A stretch of DNA of 64,000 nucleotides, taken from assembly GCF_009914755.1 (NCBI RefSeq), contig NC_060932.1, one strand, 5' to 3'. Below, piece by piece: positions 48,514 to 64,000 of this stretch; position 1 is the stretch's first letter, and the number at the start of each line of letters is the position of its first letter. The notes under the pieces were generated by a model. The model made no database searches. It saw only the letters and a program-made list of their open reading frames with translations, and had not been told where the DNA came from. This DNA comes from the human T2T-CHM13v2.0 reference genome, Homo sapiens. A program made the position numbers and the translations under genes.

Positions 48514-51443
48514 TCAGGAAAGTGCCCCATTTTCTACTACTCAGATCCTGTTGAGTTTCAGTGATGAAGGAGAGGTGGATCCAGACACCTGGAGCACCTC
48601 TTACTGCAGTTCATCTAAGTCAGCCTTTACCTGGCCCGCTCTGCTGTTCACACAGCCGGAAGGGCTTGTGCACGGGTTAGAAGACTACAGTTCTCTCTGT
48701 CATCAGTTTTCCTGGTTTCTCATACAGCCCCTTCTCCACATATAGATAGTGGAGATTTTGCCCAGGGGATTCCCTCAAGGTCTCAGTTTCATTAAACTTG
48801 TCAAGGCTTCCACAGATTGTTTTGCCACCTAGTGAGACTTGTTTCGAAAAAAAAAAAAAAAAAGTGAAATGGGAAAAAAATTAAGTGGCAAATGAGAATG
48901 ATAATAGTCCTCACAGGTGAAGGTGTCCATAGAGACAGAAGATAGGTGGCTTCATTTTGGTCAGCAGCTCACCTGGGCCAGTGGAATGTCTTTGTTTGGA
49001 TGAAAAGGACCTTTCTATACCTCGATATAGACAATCAGGGACAGAAGTGCACCATATGAGCAGAATGGCTTTCATAAGAGAACAGAGAGTCCTTAACATT
49101 TTCGGTTCAGTTCCCCAGAAGAATGAAAGTGAGCAGTTTTGAATGGAAATAATTGTCAAATGGGAACATAAACTACAAATATATTGGCAACAAAGGAAGT
49201 TTAGCAGCAATACTCCTTCAGTTTCAGTTAAAGTGATTTACGCTAAGTTGATAAACCAGTTGGTTTAAATGGTCACAGGACATTTTGTCTGTGAAACCTC
49301 TCTGGACCCCAATGACTCCAGTCGTAATTAGTCTAAATGCACATGTTCTAAACTCCCACAGGTCTCGGATCAGGATGTAGAACTTAACACATGGAATGTT
49401 CATTTGCTGTACATGTGTCTGTCTACCCAATAAAGTTTGAGCTTCTGTTCCTGGGGTTGAGCAAGGTGAACCACTTGGTCATGCCCTCTCCATACCTCCT
49501 TTACAAATGGAAAAGTGCAACACAGTGATATGCCACTGGACATGAAGGCAGCAATCCTGGATTTGAGCCTGAATCTATTTCTGCAACTAACTGGAGGTGT
49601 GTGACAGAAATCAATGGATCTCAGATGCTTCTGTGTTCAGTGATCAACAGGTCTCAAATGTCACTGTGCAGGAGACTTAATTGGAAAAGTCATTTTACAA
49701 ATTTAGATTCTGAAGAGATCCCCATTTGAAAGTGTTAGAGTGGGGCATAGAGCTCTAATTATAAGTATTCTAGGCTAGTTACACTGACTATAATTAACCA
49801 ATATAGTTCTGGAAGCAGGGACTTAAGTGATCTCTAAGGCTACTTCTAGTTCTAATATTTGAGTGTTCTAAGGATTCGTAGACATCTGAATATAAATCTT
49901 AGACTAATTTTTATGGTTTTTCAATTCACATGGGTGTGTGTATGCTCGTGTGTGTGCTCATACATCATGAAAAAGTAGAACTATTCCTTTACTTCATGCA
50001 AAGTTCAATCCACAAATTATAAGTAAATTTTAGATAATTGGCAGTGAGGGTGAATTTGTTAACACCAAGTTTGACAGAGTAAGAGCAGAGGCTGAAGATA
50101 ATAAGACACTGATCTAGAACAACATCAGTGAGGAGAAAGAGGGAAGGAGATAATTGCATTAAGATTTACAGGGATTAATAAGCAATTTATGCAGATTAAT
50201 GTCATGAGTAAATTGTGTGACTTATTCAGAAAAGTAAGCATTCCTGAGTAAACCTCTACTTTTAACCTGAATGTCAAGTAAACGATAGTAATATTTTCTA
50301 AGATTTAGAATATTAAATGAAGGCCAGATTTGGAAGCAAACCAATAAATTGCAATAAAGACATTACCTTTGAAGTGCCTATCAGAAATCCACTTAGAGTA
50401 GCTCAGTAAACTTAAATTGGATACACAAGTAATGGAAGGTTGAAAAGGCACAGAGATAACCATACAAAAGGGATATCGCCTTTTAACATATAGGAACAAA
50501 GGAGTAAAGTTACTCTCAGGGGCTAGCGCCCAAAATTATCTTACTTGTACGCAGCTAGAGCTTGAACCTATGAGGAGGAGACACAGTACCAGGTGCCCAT
50601 GTCTCCTAGTGGGTTACACCACATCAGTCACGCTTAAAATTTGAAGGGAGCAATGCTCAATGACTGATGTGCAGGCAAATGAGGCAGAGGCACTTGATAG
50701 CCAGTGTTCAGACTTCTGAGGAGGAGACATGGTCCAACAGGTGCTTGGATAGACAAGGTGCATAGAAAAGCAGATTGTAGCTCAGCCGGTCCTCTTAGAA
50801 CCAAGGAGGTAGAGCTAGGATGCTGCTGGTCCTTTTCTGGCGTATTTGTGGGGCTGCTGAGAAAGTGGAAAGAATATAAAGCCTGAAGCCTGGAGCCAAC
50901 CATCTGCTGCTATTGGAATGGGGCTGACAAAAACGGCATAGAACAGATGCCTTCACTCTTGGTCTTGTTTTCCACTCTCCTGCTAATACCTTTCATTAAA
51001 GGTGCTAACAAGAAGCTAACTGGCCAAGCAGTATAACAAATGCTGTTTTCAGAGTCCCAGCACAGCACCACAGAGCAGAGTAAAGAAATCATAAAAGTAA
51101 AGAAGTAACACCATGTCATTAGTCCATAAAGAGTGGGAACCATGAGAATGGAGGAGATTGTTTGGAGATAACACGTATAATAAGAAGAGAATGAAACATA
51201 GGTGAAAGCAATCCTAGCCAAGAGAATATGAGGAACAGTCAGCAAAGAAGACTGAGAATGTGTGGAGAAGACAAAGAGAAATGTCCAGCAGACAAACATT
51301 CTCACGGCCAGAAGAGAGAGAAATTAAGGTGCAGGAGATAGATCACCTTGTAAAATGTTTCAGAAAGGGCCTGAAGGATGAATACTGGCCATAGGTCACT
51401 GGAGTTGGCCCTGGTAATTTATTAAGAGAAAAACTACTATTAA

Positions 51444-52157
<714 letters not shown>

Positions 52158-53770
52158 TAAGAGATTTCTATAGGTTGAGAAGGAAATAGGGTATAAAAAC
52201 ACTGGAGACAGGAAATGTATGCTATATTTCAAGTCATTTGACTGACAGAGAAAGAAGAGGAAAAATAAAAAATGAAGAAACGAGAAAGTCTAAACACACT
52301 TAGATTCTCAAAGGCAGTTAGTTTTATCTGAGACAATGTTTAAGGAATTTCTAGGGAAAATGCAGAACAGAAAAATCCTCTGATTGAAACAGATAACTTT
52401 ACATATTTTCCTCCAGCATAGTTTTCAGAATAAGAAAATTAGCACCATGAAGACAAGTGGCAATACCAGAAGATCTTTCAAAACACATTTTATTTTTTAT
52501 TTTAAAACATTTTACACGTTGTCTTGTTCCAGATTTTTTTTCCTCTTTTATTTACATCTCTACAGGAAGCCAGCTTAACTGAATAGAGAAGGACATTTTC
52601 TAGAGCAGCGCAGAGGGATTTTACTTCTTCTGTTCTGGGATGGTGTACTATAAATCTTCTACGATGAAATGGTCTGTGATATATGCTTTCTTCTGCTGGA
52701 AAGCTGGGACTCCAAATTTTGGCAAATTAGGGAAAAGGTAAGCCTCAGTTTGCCATTGTTATGCTCTGAAAGGGCAGGGTTTGCAGGATTACAAAAGAGA
52801 TTCTTAGAAAGTGTCTTTTTTTCTTTCTATGGTTTTTTTTTTTTCAGTTTGTTTCAATTTCTTCCTCCATTTAACTGTTCACCTGAACCCGCTGAGAAAC
52901 GTTCCATCTTTAGGACTGCCTTTTGTTGTTCTATTATCTTCCAGCCTGCTATTTTGTGGACATGCTAAGCAGACAAGTCCAGAAAGCCCGAAGTTGGAAT
53001 ATAAATGTGACTAAGTCAGTAACTGTATAATCTTCTTCAGTCTCACTCTCCTCATTTGTAATAAGGGCACTGAATTCGATGACCTTTGGGGAACTTACTG
53101 CTTCAGAAACCCATGATTTGATCAATTCTCACTGCAAATGGCCAGAATGAAGATGTTGCTCAAGCTACAGCCAACTTGAATTTTGATATGGGTGCATTTC
53201 ATTCTAAAACTTGATGTTTTAGATCGAACAGGTAAATGAACAAGAATCTAAACAGTTCCTACCTATAAAAGAGAGAAAGGAGTACATGACAGTGATACTG
53301 CTGAAGCAGCCACAATGAGCATCTAGCAGGTATTCCGTTTACTGAGAGGTTCAATCTGCTCACATTATAGATACCAGAATCCTGGCACAGAGGGCCCAAT
53401 GTCCTACATCTGTTTAAAGCCAGAGCTATGACTTTAGAACTCAATTCACCTGAGTGCCAGTCCAACCATTCCATTCCATCTGTTTTATCTGTGTATTCAA
53501 TGGCTCACATTTATATAAAGTAAAAGAAATCATTAATAGGCCCTGTGTCAGGAACTGAGAGTGCAAAGGTCAACAAGATATAGTGTCTGCCTGGAAGAAG
53601 TTCACAGCCTAGGAAGGGTATCTCCTTGTAGCACTGGGAACTGGACAGACATGGCTTCAGATAATCCAACCTTTGCAGATCAAAGAGAGATGGTCCAGGG
53701 AGATTTATCCCACTGATATCGCAGCCAGAGAATCTTCACCTCTTTGTTTCTTGCAGCTGGTGCTTAGTTT

Positions 53771-57598
<3,828 letters not shown>

Positions 57599-58139
57599 CA
57601 GTGGAGAGCTGATGAAGGAAGTGCAGTAGCTGGAATCAAGCTCTTTTATCAAGGGGCATTGATTAAAATATGTTCTACTGCCCTGAAGGGACTGGAAGTC
57701 ATCCTCGGTTTGTAATGTTCATTGGGAACATACTATTTTCCATGCTCCACTGATTAATGTGTGGGCTGATGGATCAGATTTTAACTAAACCACATTTGTG
57801 GGAGACAAACGCAGAGAACCCTGCCTTTCTGCCTGGAATATTCTATTCTGTGTCTCTGCTTAGACTTCTCTCATTTTTCCTTCAAGTCTTATCTCAAGTA
57901 TTACCATGTCTATAAGATATATAGCCACCACGCTTTTCCTAGTACATGATTTTACATAAAACCTATTCTTAAAATAATAATTAAAACAAACACACAAAAA
58001 CCTTTAATTTTAAATTCAGGAGTACGTGTGCAGGTTTTTTTTTTTTTTTTTTTGACAGGGTCTCGCTGTATTGCATGGAGTGCTGTTGCTTAAGGAGAAA
58101 AGGGTTAATCCATTGAAAATACATAAAAACCATTAACAT

Positions 58140-58950
58140 GTTTTTATATTATTTGATTTAATTAAAGGGAGAAATAGACACTTCTATATTCATAGTAGAA
58201 AATTTTTACACCACTCTCTCAGCAACTGATAGAACACAGGGAAAAATTAGCAAAGTCATGCATTATCTGAACAATACCACCATTCCACTGACTGCATTGA
58301 TATTTATAGAACACATCATAAGACAACTGCAAAATACACATTTTTTTCAAGTACATATGATACATTCATAAAAATGAACCATATGCTAGGCCATAAAACA
58401 AATATTGATGTGTTTAAGCACATTTAAATACTTCAGAGTGTATTTCTCACCACAAGGGGATTAAATTGGCAATCTATAAAATAAGCTATTTAGGATATTT
58501 TCAAATATGTGGAGATAAAGCAACATCATTCGGGATTGTGTTTGTATCAAAGAATAAATAATGAGAATAATTGGAAAGCATTTCTGCATATCGAATTTTG
58601 TGGAGCACAACAAAACAATGACTTCGAAAGAAATTTGTATCCAAATACTTATTGTAGAAAAGAAGAAATGTTTAAATCTATGACTTAAAATTATGCTCTA
58701 AGAACCTTAGAAAAGGGAACAATGTAAGCCCAAGTATGCAGAATAAGTGAAAAAGAAGTTATCACTACAGATCCAAGAAACATTAAACTAATATAAAAAT
58801 GTTGTCAACAGGTATATGCCAAAACATTTCACAACTTACATAAAATAAAAGAATTCTCTCAAAAATTTAACTTACCAAAATTGGCACAAGAATTAGCAGA
58901 AAATATAAGTATTTCTGTATCTCTTAAAGAAAGTAAGTGTGTTATTAAAT
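58140..58950 (+). mobile_element. Old L1 (L1M-type) ORF2 fragment
   Basis: AAAGGGAGAAATAGAC...ATTTATAGAACA...CATATGCTAGGCCATAAAACA matches the L1 endonuclease region; boundaries approximate. Confidence 0.8.
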
Positions 58951-59683
58951 GAAGAATGGCTTCTGCTTAAGATATAGAAATACGTAAAGAAAATCATCCC
59001 ACATGAAACAAATACACAGCAAAACACACGGCAGACTGCAAATATTCAGTTTCTTGAACTCATTGGAAAGCTAAGGTCACAAATCAGCCACCTACCTAGA
59101 AATATAAGAAAAGACAGGAACCTCCAAAAAATAAAGACCATGAGTGCTTGCTTACCTGAAGCAGATTACCCCCAGAATATGATTTAAAAGATTTCAGGTA
59201 AAGTCTGTAGAGAATTGCTAAGAGCAAGCATAAACTAGAGAAACAATATAAATGTCTGGGGTCACAGACAAAAGAGAAGTTCACAGCAACTTCTAATGTC
59301 TTCTCCATAGACTCAGCAGGTGCTTACAAAAAAGATTAGAGTATTTCATGATGTAAGTCGGCTGAGGGGAACAGTAGCCACTGTGAGAAAGAACGAAAGC
59401 TTGCAAGAATCTTTCTCTTTTATGGAAAAGAAAGTCTTAATTTCTTAATTAAGAAACTGAGGGAAGAACAACAGTTGTTTGTACGGCACTGGTGAATGAA
59501 CAATCTAAAAAAATGCAAAACAAAATATTAAAGCTAGGAGAACGAGGAGAAGGGAGCACATTAAAAAAGAAAAACAAAGAACATCCTCTACCTTTGTCAA
59601 CAGAGAAGGCATACATGCCTCCTGCCTGTAGAAAGATGACAGAATAACTGCAGCAAACTTCTCATCAAAAAATATGCAAGCCA

Positions 59684-59979
59684 GGACAGGTGTGGTGGTT
59701 CACGCCTGTAATCCCAGCACTTTGGGAGGCCAAGGTGGGCAGATCACTTGAGCCAGGAGTTTAGTTCGAAACTAGCCTGGGCAACATAATGAGACCCCTA
59801 TCTCTACAAAACATACGAAAATTAACTGGACATGGTGGCAGGCACCTGTGGTCCCAGCCACTCAGGAGGCTGAGGTGGGAGGATCACTTGAGCCCCGGAG
59901 GCAGAGGATGGGGTGAGCCGAGATCATACCACTGCACTGCAGCCTGAGCTTCAGAGTGAGACCCTGTCTGAAAAAAAAA
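59684..59979 (+). mobile_element. AluJ-type element
   Basis: GATCACTTGAGCC in both arms; short A-tail. Confidence 0.9.
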
Positions 59980-60014
59980 TCGAGGCAAAATAAAATAGAG
60001 TAACATCTTTACAA

Positions 60015-61310
60015 TGTTCCAGTGGAGCCATTTGGCCCTGGGTTTTACTATGTGGGATTTTTGTTAGTGTTATTACTGTCAATTCATGCACTTTATTTGT
60101 TATAGGTCCATTTTAGACTTTCTATTTCTTCTTGAATTAGGTTTGATATGTATGCATTTCTAGGCATTTATTCATCTAGGTTATCAAAATTGTTGCCATA
60201 AAATTGTGTATAGTATTCCTTAATAATATTAAAAAATACTTTTGTAAGATCTTTTGTAAAACTTCTCTTTCACTCATGATTTTAGTAATATGAGTATTCT
60301 CTTTTTTTCTTAGTCAGTCTAGTTAGAGGCTTGCCAATTTTGTTGATCATTTCAAAAAATAAATTTTTGTTGTGTTGATTTATTCTATTGTTTTCTTAGT
60401 CTCTATTTCATTTATTTCCGTGCTAATATTTATTATTTTCTTCCTTGTGCTTGCTTTGGGTTTAGTTGGCTCTTCCTTAATTTTCTTGAGATGGAAGATA
60501 ATTTACTGATTTTAAATCTATCTTCTTTATAAATACAGGCATTTACAACCATACATTTTCCTGTAAGCATTGTTTTAGCTGCATCTCACAGTTTTGGTAA
60601 GTTGCTGTTGTGTTGTATATTTTAAAGTGTTTGGGGGCTCCCTTTAAAATATTTTCTACATTCCCTTATGTTTTCTGCTTTGACCCATCATTTATTCACA
60701 TTTATGCTGTTTAATTTCCACATAGTTGTGACTTTCCCAAATTTCTTTCTATTATCCCATTTTGTTCAGAGAACATACTTTGTATGATTCCTATCCTTTT
60801 AAATGTATTGAGGAGCTTGTATTTAAATCTAACATACAGTCTATTCTAAAGAATATTTCATGTGAACAGAAGAAGAATGTGTATTTTGCTGTAATTGGTG
60901 CAGTGTTCCACGCTTTGAGGTCATTGTGTTACAGTGCTATTCAAATCTTGTATTTCCTTGCTAATCTTTTTTCTAGTTGTTTTGTCTATTATTAAAAGTG
61001 GTATATTAAAGTCTCCTGCTATTACTGTTGACTTCTCTATTTCTCCCTTCAATTCTGTCAATTTTCTCTTCATGTATTTTGGCACTCTGTTGTTAGGTGC
61101 ATGTTTTTATACTTGTTATATTATCGTGATAGATTAACTTGCTAACATTACAAAATGCCCTTCTTCATCTTTAGTACCAATTTTGTCTTAAAGTTTGTTT
61201 TGTACACTATTGGTATAGCCACTACAGCTCTCTTTTGGTTATTGTTTGTATGGCAAATCTCTTTCCATCCTTTTACTTTCAGTCTCTTTGTTTCCATGAA
61301 TCTAAAGTGT
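60015..61310 (-). mobile_element. Old L1 ORF2 fragment, antisense
   Basis: T-rich reverse complement of L1 ORF2 (GAAGAATGTGTATTTTGCTG, TATTTTGGCACTCTGTTGTTAGGTGCAT). Confidence 0.85.
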
Positions 61311-61318
61311 AAAGAAAG

Positions 61319-61933
61319 TGTTCCTGGACCAAACGGAGAGTTGGGCTGCTATTTCTCACAGCCCAATAACAAGATGCAAATAAACTCGGGAGGAAGAGAG
61401 TTTTTATTTCTGCAACCAGTTATAGGGAGAAGTCCTGGAAATTATCGCCAGACCAACTTAAAATTACAAAGTTTTCCAGAGCTTATATACCTTCCAAGCT
61501 ATATGTTTATGTGTAAGTGTGCATTCATCTAAAGACATAAGTTATTAACTTCTTTTAATCTATAACTAAGGTCTGAGTCCCGAAGACCTTCCTCTGGAGC
61601 CTCAGTAAATGTACTTAATCTAAATGGGTCCAGGTGCTGGGGTTATTACCCTCACCTTGTCTCCTGCTAAATCACTGATATTTGGGGAGTTTCTTCAGAC
61701 CTCCTATAAACTTGTTTAATCCTAAACGGGTCCTGTTAAGAACTCCTTCATTAGTTTGTCATGCTTTAAGGCCCAGGAAAGGCCTAAGCAAAACTCTTAG
61801 TGGGCTTTTGTTACATTCAAGCCTTTATATCAGGGCACTGGCTTTTTAAGCTTTTAATATTTAACTTAACCCCTCAGTGGGTACTAAAGCAGTTGTTATG
61901 GAGTCTTGCGTTAGTGAGACTTGGCCTGCCATG
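61319..61933 (-). mobile_element. Solo ERV1 LTR, LTR6-like
   Basis: Minus strand reads TGGCAGGCCAAGTCTCACTAACGCA...TTTGGTCCAGGAACA; 4-bp TSD AAAG on both sides. Family name is from recall. Confidence 0.65.
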
Positions 61934-63496
61934 AAAGGGAACAATTTGTGACTAGGTGAGCACCTGTGGGAGGTGTCCTCTGCAGCTGCCATCTGGATGC
62001 TACATGAGGTCATTAGTGAGGTAATATCAGGGCACAGCTACTGGTCTACCACTTTGTATGACTCTGAGACACTCACATGAATCTTTCATTAAAAGAAACT
62101 TCAACTAGGTTCCAGAGCATTTTTTTAAGATAAAGCAATGCAGTATTTGGAATGAGTAAGTAGTATTCCAGTTTCATGGTGTTCTGTAAGCTAGCAGCTG
62201 CATTTGCACTGTGGAGACCTGGGGAGGAAGACCATCTGCCAGCAGAAAATTACTGTGAACTGGACTCTTAAGACCAAATACCCCACTTCCCACTTCCCTG
62301 GGGTAATTCCTGTGTAAATGAAGGAAACACTCTAGGCTTCTTGAGGGCTGTGTTTCAAATCTCTTTTGGAAAACAGTGGATCATATGTAAATAGAGTGAA
62401 TCTAAAAATTGAACCAATCAAGCATTAAAAGGGTTCCCCCAATGGATAGTTCTATAGAAAGAATTTAATATGTACAGATAAAGTGTTGGAAAAGATGACA
62501 ATGCAAAGCGGGAGCAATGAGGCAACCCTACTGATAGTCACAGCAGAAATCTCCCACTGCCCTAAGGTTTGAGGAAAAATGGAAGGATTTGTGTGAGCCT
62601 GGGAGCAGCACTGGCTGGCAGAAGCTAAACTTGCGGTGGGACTGCCAGGTGAGTGCAGAAGACAGAAAAGCAGCGGCCTTGCTGAGCATGAAAAGCCACT
62701 GCTGGAAAAGAGAGGGAGTCGGGGAGAAATTCACATTGTCCTTCCTTCTTCAATCTCCCATTCTCCTAGGAGACACATTGACCAAAACTAGCCAGAAGTC
62801 AGGAAGCCTGGAAAATGTAGTTTGCAACTAATAGTTCCCATTTTACTCAGCAAAGCAGAAAAAAACAAGGAACAGATTTGAGCACGAAGAGACAAATAAT
62901 AGGCCCAAATGTTAAACAAAACATTGTTTAATCTCATACGTTAAAACTAAGTAACCAAGTTCAAGTCACTGGTCATAGGGCTGGTAATTTTGGCCTTTAT
63001 TTTGTGAAGCTGGATTTTATTTCACAAGGCAAAATTAGACAGTCAACCATTTATGCACATTCTGTGTTGAACATTTTAAGTTAATCTCTAATCATTTTCT
63101 TTCACAGGTAAATACACCATAAGTACTAGAATCAATGAATGACAATATTTAGACAAACCAAGAAATAATGTGAATATAAAAATAATGTATTATATTTGAT
63201 AGAATTATTATTCCATTAACATAGTTAGTACATATAGATGGATACATAAAACATGACAGCAATGTGCACAGCAGTTACTGGATCCTAGCTATGGCTCTGA
63301 AGAATTAACAGCCTCTTGAGCCTCAATATTTTCAAATGTAAATGGCAGTAATAAAACCTACCTCATAAGGTAATCATGAGTCATATGAGAGAAGTATGGA
63401 AAATACTTCATAAATTGTAAGGTACTCTACATATACATAGTAGTGGTATCTGATTGAGCAGATACTAGGTACACACTCATGTCTTGATGTTTTTTA

Positions 63497-63877
<381 letters not shown>

Positions 63878-64000
63878 TCACTCACTGTGTGATTTGGATA
63901 AGCCACATAACTTCTCTTGAACTTCTTTGAATATCCAGGTCTGCTTCTAAGGCCAGAAGTGTGCTGGTCTGGTTTGTCAGATCCTCTGTCTGCAGCAGAG

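Noticed and set aside
50910-51305. 131-aa hydrophobic minus-strand ORF
   Set aside because: Hydrophobicity follows from T-rich composition; no recognisable domain or splice context.

Overview
Primate (almost certainly human) genomic DNA that matches the 8p23.1 beta-defensin segmental-duplication region. 1-16647 is the end of the ~7.65-kb FAM90A tandem array: two complete 464-codon FAM90A genes on +, each unit carrying a solo LTR5A, plus a truncated terminal unit. 16.7-42.9 kb is an older tandem expansion of a PRR23D unit: one fragment, one intact 279-aa PRR23D gene on -, and one frameshifted pseudogene, interleaved with a MER57/MER4-group ERV relic. 43-64 kb is Alu/L1/LTR-rich DNA containing the two-exon gene DEFB107 on -. 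The most interesting signals are: (i) DUX4-type double-homeobox motifs beside TATA boxes at both the FAM90A and PRR23D promoters; (ii) a spliced, phase-compatible antisense reading frame hidden in the FAM90A repeat unit; (iii) an ERV envelope fossil with an F-protein-like rather than gamma-type architecture; (iv) a decayed ~400-codon frame tail-to-tail with PRR23D; (v) a GC splice donor in one FAM90A copy. All gene and repeat names come from recognition of the sequence, not from database searches.
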